Notes: generated from the letters alone by a model not told the origin. DNA of 20,000 nt from Toensbergia leucococca (GCA_022813965.1 JALDZS010000022.1:172281-192280), one strand, 5' to 3'; counted from the stretch's first letter, positions 1-11,544 are shown. Made by a program: numbers and translations.

Positions 1-2
1 AG

Positions 3-3000
3 GAATTATCAAGACTCAAGGATGAGGCAGTACCATGTGAAGTGGAAGGGGGTAATGATCTAGCTCACGCAAAGACAAACATTCTGCTCCAGTCATACAT
101 CTCACGAGCCCGTTTGGAGGACTTCGCTCTGGTGTCTGACTCCGCATATGTGGCGCAAAATGCTGCCAGAATATGTCGTGCACTTTTCATGATAGCACTG
201 AACAGAGGATGGGGCCACCAGTGTTCGGTACTGCTTTCTCTTTGCAAGTCTATCGAGAAGCAGATTTGGCCATTCCAGCATCCTTTCCATCAATTTGATC
301 TACCCCTACCTATATTGAAACACCTTGATGAGAAGTCAACCGTGTCTTCCGTAGAATCTCTCAGAGACATGGAACCGGCGGAGATAGGTCAACTAGTTCA
401 TAACAATCGCATGGGAAGTACGATATCGAAGCTACTCGACAATTTCGCGACATTGACTGTGGAGGCCGAAATTGCTCCTCTTAATCGCGATGTCCTTCGC
501 ATTCGCCTGTATCTGACTCCCGATTTCCGGTGGAACGACCGCCATAATGGATCATCTGAATCTTACTGGATTTGGGTCGAGAATTCCGAGACGTCTGAGA
601 TCTACCACCATGAATATTTCATACTGAGTCGGAGAAAACTCTACGATGACCATGAGCTTAACTTTACGATTCCCTTATCAGATCCACTACCGACTCAGAT
701 CTACGTGAGGGCTATTTCAGACCGATGGCTTGGAGCGGAGACGGTGACACCAGTCTCTTTCCAGCATCTGATCAGGCCCGATACCGAAAGCGTTTATACC
801 GACTTACTTGATCTTCAGCCCCTTCCAATCTCTGCTTTAAGGAGTCCTTCACTTGAGGCTATCTATGGACAAAGATTTCAATTCTTCAATCCCATGCAGA
901 CTCAGATATTTCACACCCTCTACCATACGCCGGCGAATGTGTTATTAGGATCTCCGACCGGTAGTGGCAAGACCGTAGCAGCGGAGCTCGCCATGTGGTG
1001 GGCTTTTCGGGAGAAGCCTGGATCTAAGGTCGTCTACATTGCCCCGATGAAAGCACTCGTACGAGAGCGTGTCCAAGACTGGGGCCAACGACTTACTCAT
1101 CAATTAGGATTAAAGCTTGTTGAGCTGACTGGCGACAACACCCCAGATACTCGAACAATAAGGGACGCTGATATCATCATCACCACACCCGAGAAATGGG
1201 ACGGCATAAGCCGTAGCTGGCAAACCAGAGGTTACGTTCGGCAGGTGAGCCTGGTCGTCATTGATGAGATCCATCTACTCGGTGGAGACCGCGGACCTAT
1301 CCTAGAAATAATTGTCTCTCGGATGAACTACATAGCGTCACAATCCAAGGGTTCTGTAAGACTCGTAGGTATGTCTACCGCGTGCGCGAACGCCATGGAT
1401 CTAGGCAACTGGCTCGGCGTCAAAGAAGGTCTTTTCAATTTCCGTCATTCTGTACGTCCAGTGCCTCTGGAAATATTCATAGATGGCTTCCCTGAGCAGC
1501 GCGGATTTTGCCCGCTGATGCAATCAATGAATCGTCCGACGTTCTTAGCAATCAAGACACATTCGCCAGAGAAGCCAGTCATAGTCTTTGTTGCGTCACG
1601 AAGACAGACGCGTTTAACAGCCAAGGACCTTATTAATTTTTGTGGAATGGAAGACAATCCTCGCCGGTTTGTGCGAGTATCAGAAGACGACCTCCAGCTA
1701 CACCTGTCGAGGGTTAAGGATGATGCCTTACGCGAAGCACTGAGCTTTGGTATTGGCCTTCACCACGCAGGCCTCGTAGAGTCCGATAGGCAGTTAGCGG
1801 AAGAGCTCTTTGCGAACAACAAGATCCAGATACTTATTGCCACTAGTACCCTCGCATGGGGCGTGAATTTACCTGCTCATTTGGTGGTTGTCAAGGGCAC
1901 TCAGTTTTTCGATGCTAAGATCGAAGGTTACAAAGACATGGACTTGACCGATGTCTTGCAGATGCTAGGTCGAGCAGGACGACCTCAATTCGACTCTTCT
2001 GGCATCGCACGCATTTTCACACAGGATGCCAAGAAGGCTTTCTATAAGCATTTTCTACATACCGGGTTCCCAGTAGAGTCCTCATTGCACAACGTCCTCG
2101 ACAACCATCTGGGCGCCGAGGTTTCTGCAGGAACGATAGGTACTAGGCAAGACGCCTTGGACTATCTCACGTGGACCTTTTTCTTCCGCCGACTGCACAA
2201 AAATCCATCGTACTATGGCCTCGAAATCTCCACAGAAGAGCATAATACCAGTGCAGCGCAGGCATTGGCCAATGTGTACATGGTTGAAATTGTGGGAAAG
2301 TCTTTAGGGGAGCTTGCTGAATCAAGCTGTATCACGCTTCACATGAATGGCGACGTAGACTCCACGCCGCTCGGCAAGATTATGAGTTATTACTATTTAT
2401 CGCACAAGACAATCCGCCACTTGATCACGCACGCGAAAGCTGAGGCGAGTTTCGAAGAAGTTTTGTCTTGGATGTGCTGCGCAACCGAATTCGATGAGCT
2501 GCCAGTCCGACACAATGAGGACCTGATCAACACAGAGCTGTCGAAGAATCTCCCGATGCAGGCCGACACGTTTGGTCTTCCAATGTGGGATCCTCATGTC
2601 AAGGCTTTCCTCCTGCTTCAGGCGTACATGTCTCGGATTGACTTGCCAATCTCGGATTACGTGGGCGATCAAAATTCGGTCCTCGACCAGAGCATCCGTA
2701 TCATTCAGGCTTCAATTGATGTGCTGACTGAATTAGGCTATCTATCCAGCTGTGCCATGATGATAACCTTACTCCAGTGTATCAAGTCTGCTCGCTGGCC
2801 AGACGACGGACCTTTATCCATCTTTCCAGGTGTAGATTTGGATAAAGAACGACAACGTGCAAAATTTCAAGACTTCCACCCACACTCGCTGATCGAAATC
2901 AGTGCTATGGGCAAGCCTGCATTGGCAAGGCTTGTATCGAGTTTGGCTCTTCCTCAGGCTCACCACGCCCAGTTCACCCAAGCTGTCGGTGTCCTTCCCA

Positions 3001-3386
3001 ATCTCAAGGTTAACGTTATGAACATCAATGCCGTCAGCCTTACCGTTGGTATTTCTCGCCTCAATCCTACTTCCCAAGTTAATTACCGCATCTGGGCACC
3101 CAAGTTCCCTAAGCCGCAATCCGAGGGTTTCTTCATCGTTGTCGCAGATTCTACAAAGGATGAAATCCTGGCGCTGAAGAGAGTCAGCTGGCCATCCACG
3201 GAGCACCGTCGTGGCGATGCAAGCAAGCCAACCTCCAGGTCGGTATTGAAATTGCTACCGAGTGCGGCGGACAGAAAAGTTCATGTTAAGGTGGTGAGTG
3301 ATGCGTATATACAGATGGTGTGGAAGATGGATGGAATTGAAGTACCAGCCGCGCCGCAGGTTGGGGACGATGGAAAAAAGCCATGA
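3..3386 (+). CDS. SLH1: Ski2-like tandem-cassette helicase of Slh1/Rqt2/ASCC3 type (C-terminal part; gene starts upstream of the window)
   Basis: Frame is open from base 3 (ELSRLKDEAVPCEVEGG...). It contains the end of the first Sec63 domain, then the second helicase cassette (Walker A GSPTGSGKT, YIAPMKAL, TTPEKWDGISRSW, DEIH, ATSTLAWGVNLPA, QMLGRAGRPQFD), then a second Sec63 domain. The intact second-cassette motifs fit Slh1/ASCC3 better than Brr2. Confidence 0.9.
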   Translation, partial: ELSRLKDEAVPCEVEGGNDLAHAKTNILLQSYISRARLEDFALVSDSAYVAQNAARICRALFMIALNRGWGHQCSVLLSLCKSIEKQIWPFQHPFHQFDLPLPILKHLDEKSTVSSVESLRDMEPAEIGQLVHNNRMGSTISKLLDNFATLTVEAEIAPLNRDVLRIRLYLTPDFRWNDRHNGSSESYWIWVENSETSEIYHHEYFILSRRKLYDDHELNFTIPLSDPLPTQIYVRAISDRWLGAETVTPVSFQHLIRPDTESVYTDLLDLQPLPISALRSPSLEAIYGQRFQFFNPMQTQIFHTLYHTPANVLLGSPTGSGKTVAAELAMWWAFREKPGSKVVYIAPMKALVRERVQDWGQRLTHQLGLKLVELTGDNTPDTRTIRDADIIITTPEKWDGISRSWQTRGYVRQVSLVVIDEIHLLGGDRGPILEIIVSRMNYIASQSKGSVRLVGMSTACANAMDLGNWLGVKEGLFNFRHSVRPVPLEIFIDGFPEQRGFCPLMQSMNRPTFLAIKTHSPEKPVIVFVASRRQTRLTAKDLINFCGMEDNPRRFVRVSEDDLQLHLSRVKDDALREALSFGIGLHHAGLVESDRQLAEELFANNKIQILIATSTLAWGVNLPAHLVVVKGTQFFDAKIEGYKDMDLTDVLQMLGRAGRPQFDSSGIARIFTQDAKKAFYKHFLHTGFPVESSLHNVLDNHLGAEVSAGTIGTRQDALDYLTWTFFFRRLHKNPSYYGLEISTEEHNTSAAQALANVYMVEIVGKSLGELAESSCITLHMNGDVDSTPLGKIMSYYYLSHKTIRHLITHAKAEASFEEVLSWMCCATEFDELPVRHNEDLINTELSKNLPMQADTFGLPMWDPHVKAFLLLQAYMSRIDLPISDYVGDQNSVLDQSIRIIQASIDVLTELGYLSSCAMMITLLQCIKSARWPDDGPLSIFPGVDLDKERQRAKFQDFHPHSLIEISAMGKPALARLVSSLALPQAHHAQFTQAVGVLPNLKVNVMNINAVSLTVGISRLNPTSQVNYRIWAPKFPKPQSEGFFIVVADSTKDEILALKRVSWPSTEHRRGDASKPTSRSVLKLLPSAADRKVHVKVVSDAYIQMVWKMDGIEVPAAPQVGDDGKKP

Positions 3387-3712
3387 CCTCCGCAATGATG
3401 CCTGTATATAATATGACCTATGTAAGCGTGTGTCCCATTTACACTATGCAACATGTTGTCTGATTTTCGCTGTATTTGTTCAGGGACATGTTCATCAGAC
3501 TGGTCTCTCGTGTTGTGTCCAATGTGCAGTTGCAAGCGCAACTAGAGCCAGTATATTCCGGTTCTATGAAACCGAGAACTCAAGATCTCATGCTTTTACT
3601 TTTTCGATTCTCCTAGAGTGCTACCTCAATAGATTATTGTACATGCAAAAGTAAAGATCGGTTACCAAAACATTTCCTAAGATTTGTCGAATCAAACTAG
3701 AAGAGAAATTTG

Positions 3713-5425
3713 TCACACTTGTTCAACAAGCGCGTGATGAGACTTTCTTGAACCATGACTATGTTGCACATCGACAAGCCTAGGTTGCATTGGCTGCCGA
3801 GCTGTGCGTGGCACAATTGGGTCCAGTAACTCCCGTTGCCGCCGTGAAATGGAGATCTGTCGGGCAACGGACACTTCCGAGGTATTTCTGATATAGCCAT
3901 CTGCCGGATTCGGTTGATTGGGCGTGATTGCCAGGGCTTCAGGCGATGGAATAATGATTTCGCTTTGAGGAGATTCAAGGTTCGTTGATGGAGCTTGTAT
4001 GGAAGCTCCAGTCACCGTAATTTGTGGCGGTGAGACTCTCCCATCCTGAGGCGGAACAGACAGATCGAGTGTCTTGACAGCTGAATCAGTGCCGTCAGAA
4101 AATTCAATGTCTGCCGAGGACGGTGAAAAGTGGAAATCGTCAGAGGTCCAACTCAACTCTGGTGAGCGTGCTAGTGCCCTCGACGAAAGCGCAGGGCTTC
4201 GGAGCATGACAACGAGGTGATTCTGCTCTTGAAGATTAGGTGATTCGAAATGGGCATGAATCGGCGACGAAGCCGCCGGAGTCGTTGCTGATCGATATAA
4301 GGGGCTTGGCTTCAGAATTGGCTTGGTGATTACATTTTGACCCAAATTTGGCGGAGTTGACGGAAACAAAGAGGATGAAATTGATCCGGCTGGGGACGGA
4401 GAAATCGCTCTACGAGTAGGGTTCACAAGCTCATTAGTTCGCTGGGGATGGTCTGCCTGTAAGAATCTAATCAGTCCTTTTTATCAAAGAATTCAGAGCA
4501 CTACATTGCTTACCTGATGATCGTTGTTCTCGTCTGCTTTGAGTTTCTCCATAGTACCTTGTCTTCGAACGAGAAGTGAAGACGAATGCGCGGGTTTTAT
4601 GAGACTCCCAAACATTACACTATAGCGCTCCATCTCTACGTTCGGGATTTCCACCTGCAGCAGAGGCCCTCCATTCGGCTGCAATCTCAAAGCCTTACCA
4701 CGATCTTTAGGTGGAGGCGCAGGGGTTTTCTCTCGGCTTCGTTGTAGGGGCGCAGTTTGTGATCGCTTGATTTCTAGCTTGCTATCCATTCGGTGGTCCC
4801 TCTTCTGGGGTCGATATCTTTGGACCTTTTTCTCTCGACCCGTTTCAATGTGATGCTGGGGGACAATAAGTTCTGGCTGAGGGGAGTTCTGGGACGTTTC
4901 CTGTAACAGGTAGAATGGCGAAGCTGGAGCTGACAGGGTCTTCTTCCCGAAGAGACCACCAAGAAGCTTCCACCTGTTGCCCGTGTGCTTCGCGGTAGCT
5001 CTCTCATCACCAGTCAAGCAAGCATCTTCTCGTGTCGATGTGCATGATTTCAGATGCTTATTGGTAAGTGGGAGACGTTTTCCCCAGGCCTCCTGTGGGA
5101 GCGGTGGTAGAGGATTCTCACTAAAGTTTCCCAGCGCAACTCCGATGACCATGCTGTCTGGAAGCGTACCGTGCTTGAGACATGAAGCTGAAGGGATCTC
5201 GACAACCTGGACCGGCTCACTTTTCACCCGAAATACAAGAGCATCACCCTCAGAACCTCTATCAGTTGCACATTCTATAGTGCTAGCATCTGATGGAGAG
5301 TCATTTCGCACAACGTTAGTACGATGGCAGCGTGTGGAGGGAACATCTTTCTCTTCACTAGACTCAGCATCGACTAGTCTCGACCGGAGTGATCTCGACC
5401 TAAATAGGAATGATGCTTTGGCCAT
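3713..5425 (-). CDS. Uncharacterised Ser/Pro-rich fungal protein, ~551 aa, 2 exons (5425-4514, 4456-3713)
   Basis: Two minus-strand ORFs join in frame through a 57-nt GTAAGC...TTACAG intron (4513-4457) with a CTGAT branch-like site. The protein is low-complexity with short ordered-looking blocks (LLQVEIPNVEMERYSVMFGSL; EVSVARQISISRRQ). Confidence 0.75.
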
Positions 5426-6471
5426 ACTCTAGGAAGTGCACAAGGTGACTGTCTTGAACGTGATTGGTATGCTAGAAAGTTGAGGCTGGAGGGCATAAGG
5501 AATTTTGGAATGTTCGTTGCGGCCGATTGCCTCTAGAATAGAAGCAAGGAACCACTAACGGCTGTGAGATGTATGTACGATGAAAAATTTTATATAATGC
5601 TGATACTTTGGTATGCGTCCAGCTTGGGAGGCTTCAAGGAAAGTTACAGATCAGCAAAGAAGAGCTCGCCGACAGTAAGGCTGATATGAGCGGGCCTTTG
5701 AAATAGATGAACGAGTGACGAATTGACAATTTGACGGGATGTGACATTTGACTGCAAGGAAGGTTGATAGCCAGGCCGTGGCCGTGGGTTGGCAGAGAAG
5801 CAAAAGCAACGATGAGATGAAATGAAGGACGGCACTTATTTACTACAGGCTTGATCAATTAACTAGTTGAAACCTCAGCACCCGTTCTTTCTCAGTGGTA
5901 CTATTATTGTGCTTGTCGCGCCAGTAAGGTCCCAATCTGAGGCGGGTAGAGTGCATTTCAGTGGTGTCTCGAATTTGATTTGTTTCAAGCTTGGCAAATG
6001 AGATGAATTTGACTAGCCTTCAATTTCCCTAGACATCGGGATGTAGAATACACTCTTGAAGTACTGTACTCGGCCATGAAATCCTTTGTGAGTCCGGCTG
6101 AGCTACTACGAGAAGAGTGCTAGTTATGGGGAAGATACGGAGTGCAAGTAGGAATGCTACAACGTTTCTTACTAATATATCGTAATTTACAGTAGAATAC
6201 AATGCTTACGGTATCACCTTATCTCATGTGTCAATCACCAAAGTGGGCTATGCTTGATCCGTCCACTTGGCGGGGTTGCGCGGCACCTGACATCAACCAT
6301 TTGCCCAGAAGAATTCCGTTAAGACCGATACCGAGTTAGGTATCTTACAGATCAAAGAAGAGATAGGAAAGCCTTTTCATACACGCGCGCCAGGAATATC
6401 TACAAAATCCGCTACCACTACCATTGACGTTCACCTATCTCCTCGCTCTAAACTTCTCTCGACAAGTTGCC

Positions 6472-7170
6472 ATGTCGTGGAAAGGTAGGCAGCAAAGAAA
6501 TCTTCATGCATCGAAGGCTAACCAAACGAACTTCAATAGCATATGTTGACACAAGGTAATACTCGACCCAGCACAACCTCGAGGTCCTGTGGCTAATCAG
6601 GCCGCAGCCTTGTCGGTTCAGGCAATGTCGATAAAGCTGCTATTTTCAATTCTGAGGGTAACAGTGTCTGGGCCACTTCCACTGGCTTCAACGTGCGTTG
6701 CCCCATTTTCGCATGCGGACTTTACAGTGCCTTGAACGTACCATCAATAACTCACTATTTCGATGGTATTTTTATTGTTTCGGATGGAAGACACGATCTT
6801 TGTATTAATTACTGACTTAGTCACTAGGTTGCGCCAGCTGAAATAAAAGATGTTGTCAACTCGTATACGGACAAAGGAGATCCCAAAAAGGTTCAGAGTT
6901 CAGGCTTCCACATTGCAGGAGAGCGATACGTAACCATAAAAGCTGATGACAGGAGTTTATACGGGAAAAAGGTAAAAAGGGTTCTAATTGCATTCTATGT
7001 TAATGTTCGAGGCTGATGTCAATACATCAATCCAGGGAAAGGAAGGCGTTGTCATCGTCAAGACCCAGCAGGCAATTCTCGTTACGCACTACCCGGAGAG
7101 TGTACAACCTGGCGCTGCGGCCAACATTGTCGAGCAACTTGGTGATTATCTGATCAGCGTGGGCTACTGA
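6472..7170 (+). CDS. PFY1: Profilin, 130 aa, 5 exons (6472-6484, 6540-6555, 6608-6692, 6828-6971, 7036-7170)
   Basis: Manual splicing over four GT..AG introns gives [39 protein letters not shown]...[39 protein letters not shown]...[13 protein letters not shown], a typical fungal profilin. Exon lengths sum to 393 nt. Confidence 0.95.
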
Positions 7171-7486
7171 GCAGTCGCACGGCTTTACATTTCAGTAAGA
7201 TTGATGATGCTGTAATCTACAAGCACACCTCTTTGAGGACTATACCCGGTAAATAGATGGAGCGAATGCCACACGATTTCCCAAATTTAGCTTCCGCGAT
7301 GCGAGATTCCAGCCAACACCACGCAACTGGTCCTTTGCTCAGCAACTTCAGTGCCAATGTCTTGGTGGGATCAGTGACTCAGAATGGCACTATTTGTCAA
7401 GGGGCTGTTCCTGGCTGGACAATTCTTGAACTGGGGTCGCGTATGTCTCTTTGCGTCCTATATGCAACCCTCTTTCGTCCAGAGTA

Positions 7487-8164
7487 TCATACAGGCAATT
7501 CTGCGTTTCTTCTCCCGCCTCCTATCCTGTCCAGTGCCTGTTGTATATATGGACCCACTACGGGAACATTTCCCGCGAACCCTCCTATCGTCGAGAAGAA
7601 ATCTCCGAAGAGAATAAAGATCCCATATAGTTCTATCAGAAAGCCTACCAGAGGCCACCGTAGTAATATAAGTACAATTCCTACAACGAACGCTGCAGTG
7701 CCCTTCAACTTCTGTCGTCGCGCGAAAAATAGTGCTGTCTTTTGAAGACCGATAATGAGGGTAAGACCGAGTAAGAAGAGGACCTAGAGAGTAAAATCGA
7801 TTAGAAAGGGCGTTAACATACAAGTGAAGTTTGAATCCTGTCATACATTGCCCATGGCAAGCCTGGTCATGATCAGCAGTGGTACAAAGATAATAAATCC
7901 TGAATGAGGGAGCTCAAGCTCACATAGCTCTATCGAAGAACATAATGACCCCTCCTGTCAGGAAGAAGCCCCCTGAAGCGTCGTTTCAGCTATGATCACT
8001 ATAGACTGGCGAGCTTTGTATCCATACCTACCCCCTGAGCAGAAGGCTACTCCAATTTCTATATTAAACCCATCATTAGCAGAATGCCTCTCATTGTAGG
8101 TCAGTCGAGTATTTGACAGATTGGTAAGCATACTTTGCGTATCTGAAAGCCACATAGTAGGCAT
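7487..8164 (-). CDS. GOT1: Got1/Sft2-family Golgi transport membrane protein, 139 aa, 5 exons (8164-8134, 8058-8032, 7972-7924, 7862-7847, 7783-7487)
   Basis: Spliced product MPTMWLSDTQKIGVAFCSGGGFFLTGGVIMFFDRAMLAMGNVLFLLGLTLIIGLQKTALFFARRQKLKGTAAF...YGIFILFGDFF matches Got1 motifs. All introns are GT..AG and exons sum to 420 nt. Confidence 0.93.
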
Positions 8165-8335
8165 CTCGGTCAATTTTAAAATCCCAAGCTGCTGGCCTGG
8201 TAATGGCTGTAGTAAGAAATGAGGCCACAAAGTGTGTAATTGACAATTGTATTCCTTGGTGCGAGTAAACACATCTAGCTTTTCGTAAGTTACATGCATT
8301 GATACCTACTCCGTACAGATAATGTGTTTGTAATT

Positions 8336-8952
8336 GGCTCCTGATACATGGACGCCCCTTTTTGATACATTGACGCCCCCCCCTCGGGCCCAATACCACC
8401 GAGGGAAAATCTATCATTTTGCACCACATCTTGCCTTGATTCCCCACCACTTTGCAAGCCAAATACCTGTTCCATTTGCGTGCCATGTAGAAGCCAAATT
8501 ACCTAGGAGAAAAACCATGCTTTTCTACCACATCCTGACTTGGTTCCCCCACCCGCGGGCGCACGATCACCCCCCGGGCGCAAAAAATCATAATTTTGCA
8601 AGCTATCTACCTCCTTCTAAAATCATGAAATACTCTGTTATTCACAGGCACGGTGACGTTCACATTCGCTCCTGCACCTCCTCATGAGGTGGAGGTAGAT
8701 CAAAATCCATGGTATTGCGCCCGGGGTGGAAAAGTCAGTGAAAACGTGGTATGATATCAGGATGTTCCCTACTGCAGTGGAGGTGATAGATGGCATGCAA
8801 ATGGAACAGGTAATTGACTTGCGAAGTGATGGGGAATCGAGGCAAGATGTGGTGCAAAATGATAGATTTTCCCTCGGTGGTATTGGGCCGAGGGGGGGGG
8901 TTGGGGGGGGGGCGTCAATGTATCAAAAAGGGGCGTCCATGTATCAGGAGCC
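8336..8952. mobile_element. Non-autonomous TIR DNA transposon (MITE, foldback-like), 617 bp, 8-bp TSD
   Basis: TIRs at 8336-8486 and 8790-8952 start GGCTCCTGATACATGGACGCCCC and end ...GTATCAGGAGCC. An identical TTGTAATT flanks both ends (8328-8335, 8953-8960). No transposase ORF is present. Confidence 0.92.
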
Positions 8953-10612
8953 TTGTAATTTATAGGTGCTTTTCAATGCATACAACACCACTAGTCTTGA
9001 AAGAGATTATGTACTCGTACAAATGCGATCCTGAGTCAACATCAATACAGTGACCGCTGCAATTCTTCAGCATTAGAGCTCTACGAGTACACATTATTGA
9101 ATATTAACAATTCCTGTATGAAGTCAGACCTTAAGATTAAGCCAACTGGTGAGTATGTATCGGAAGGGAGGAAACACCGGATTAGCAAATACCCAAGATT
9201 CCGCCCAAGGTTCCGCCCAAGCCTGGCTAAGCTCATCTTTTCGAGCACAGTTAATACCATTGAAAACTCCTACTTAGGCAATTTCTACCTTTCTTGACTA
9301 CGACAGAAATGTACATTTCGCTCCCACTATGAAGCTTGAAGAGCTCAAAGGAGTAAGTCTAACATCAGCAACTTTACTGTTGCTGGGTTATGATCCAGAT
9401 AGCATTACTTTCTCCTGCAGATGATCATAAAAGATGGGATCAATGAGGAAACGCCAAAAAATCTGCCTGGGCTCGCTACATCAAGTAAATATGGGAAGAA
9501 CATAACAATTTCGTCGACATGTTCCGGAAGCTACGCCAAGGGGAAAGTGTGACATCAAAATCAAGAATGTAGATACGGAGACGAGTGGCCTTTGCCTTGG
9601 GAATAGATGCCGGAAAGAGGAGAGATGTTCGATGAACTTACTACTCGATGACCGGAAAGGAGAGCTTCTCCCTGGCTTGGTTAATATGATTGAGACAATT
9701 AAGGAAGTGAAACGCGGTGATGCAGTAAGCGGCAAAAAATCTTGAGGAGTCATTCGAAGGAATCATGGCTCGTGATTTAGGAGAGTGGAGATAGGGCAAA
9801 GAAGATGGGGAGAAATCTTGCTAAACATGATGTAAGTTCAAATTGACAGAGCTCAGAAGACGTCAATGATCTATCAAACCCCATCTTTCATGGACTGCAA
9901 GGGTCTGACAGACGGCGTATGCAAGCTTGGGCCAATGGTCGATGACTTTCTACCGGTCTCTCGAGTTGCAAATAGGTCCATAGGTAGTACATATGATAAT
10001 GATTCTTTTATCGCTTTTGGTTCTCACGCTAATACTTCAACATATTGCAAGGGGTACCATTGGCCTCACTCATGCAGACCTTCGTAAGAATCTGATTATC
10101 TAATTTTGCCCGCGATGCGAGACCTCTAGGCTTAAGTTGATACAAACAGGCACCCACAGTATGGCTGAGACATAGGCGTTTCAATTTCTATCCTCCTAAA
10201 GAGAAGTTCGGTATTCGAAGGTTCACCAGTGGCAGTGGCATAGCAATCACACACTTGGGATTCTACAACGCCATGGCGACAGTATATTCACATGCACTGT
10301 AACTGATCCCCAATTCTTCACTATGGGCTCATCGGTATTTTGTCAATCAGGCGAAGAACAAAGTTTGTCACAATTAAGCCGGAGCGCCTTCTTGAGCCTT
10401 GTGCCCGAAAGGGACAACGCGGGTGGAAGGAGTTTGACTTTGATGGCCACACAGCAATTGTTGATTGCAGTCCTGCGTCTAGCCATTCTGTCGCCTTTCG
10501 ATGCATGATCTTCATAATGGGTCGATAAAGTGGATATAGGCGAGAAATGTGGAAGGACGTCCATTCGGTGGCGGAAAGTTTATATTCAGATTAATCATTG
10601 ATAATGACAAGC

Positions 10613-11182
10613 CTATTTCAGGACCACATGGGCTCCACGAGCTTCGAGGTACTTCTCTGCAACACCTTGGGATAGAGTCCTAACCAATGCAAAGATTTCC
10701 TTATTATGATATCTCAATCTAGTCTTTGGATCCGTGTAAGGAGCCGGCAACCCGGTAATGTCGCAATAATGCTTTTGATGGGCTGGATGGAGTGAAGGGG
10801 CGGACTCGATATTTGTGTATGTTGCCACAGGACCAGATGAAATTGAAGCCTGCAGATTTCGTTCCAGGACCAACGTAGAAAGGCTTTGAGAGGCCTGTGT
10901 GATATTGGAATTCTCAGCGGGGTTGCTAGGCTGGGGCGTGGCTACTCCTGTGCCTTGAGCAGAAGTCTGCGGTTGAGGGGTGGAAGTGCCACTGTTGCTT
11001 TGAGTCGCCAATACGGAGGCTTCTTTGCGCGATGCCTCTGCAATGATCTGCTTGATGTTTTTGTTACGTCGCTGGGATGGCTTCCATTGAGGATTTCTGA
11101 ATGGTCGCGGTACAAGGGTGAGATCCAGCTGATCGAGTAGCCGTTGATGCGAGTCATCGGTAGATGGTGTCAATGGAGGCAT
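10613..11182 (-). CDS. IES6: INO80 complex subunit Ies6 (YL1_C domain), 189 aa, intronless
   Basis: Motifs RPFRNPQWKPSQRRNKNIKQI and YTNIESAPSLHP...YCDITGLPAPYTDPKTRLRYHNKEIF...YLEARGAHVVLK. The first ATG is at 11182; the ORF track start is a non-ATG codon. Confidence 0.92.
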   Translation of the reverse strand: MPPLTPSTDDSHQRLLDQLDLTLVPRPFRNPQWKPSQRRNKNIKQIIAEASRKEASVLATQSNSGTSTPQPQTSAQGTGVATPQPSNPAENSNITQASQSLSTLVLERNLQASISSGPVATYTNIESAPSLHPAHQKHYCDITGLPAPYTDPKTRLRYHNKEIFALVRTLSQGVAEKYLEARGAHVVLK

Positions 11183-11544
11183 CTCGAAGTTGTGCGAACA
11201 ACAGGATATCAAGGCCCTAGTGTGGACTCGTATGAATTGGAGGTACTCGATTGAAATCCAGAATGGTGATCGTAAGTGCTTTTCAACTGTGGGAACAAGT
11301 AAAACTATTTAGAACCTAAGTCACGTAAAACCGGCTAACTCCACAGAGTAGCTTTGTATTAATACCTTCGAAGTTGTCTTGGTTGTGCTCTGACTCTCAG
11401 CCTCAACAACTAGCGTCACTGGCGTGTTGATTTGAATCAAGCGCGTCCTAGCCGGAAGTCAATCACGAGCATATTGGAGCCGCAAAGGTCTTGTTGGCTG
11501 AGCGAGCATATATTAGGAGGAAGTAAGCTCCGAAGAGCTTTGCA

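Noticed and set aside
3..3386. Brr2 or Mer3 identity for the helicase
   Set aside because: A Sec63 domain precedes the cassette, which excludes single-cassette Mer3. The second cassette has intact GKT and DEIH motifs typical of Slh1/ASCC3.
7257..7745. 162-aa plus-strand ORF and other overlapping ORFs
   Set aside because: Antisense or off-frame shadows of the GOT1 last exon and 3' UTR; no recognisable motifs.
8091..9053. Pairs of similar ORFs on opposite strands (e.g. GKMWCKMIDFPSVVLG) suggesting duplicated small genes
   Set aside because: They are translations of the two MITE TIRs.
10340..10528. KPERLL as a cytochrome P450 PERF motif
   Set aside because: No FxxGxxxCxG heme motif follows and no ExxR context is evident.
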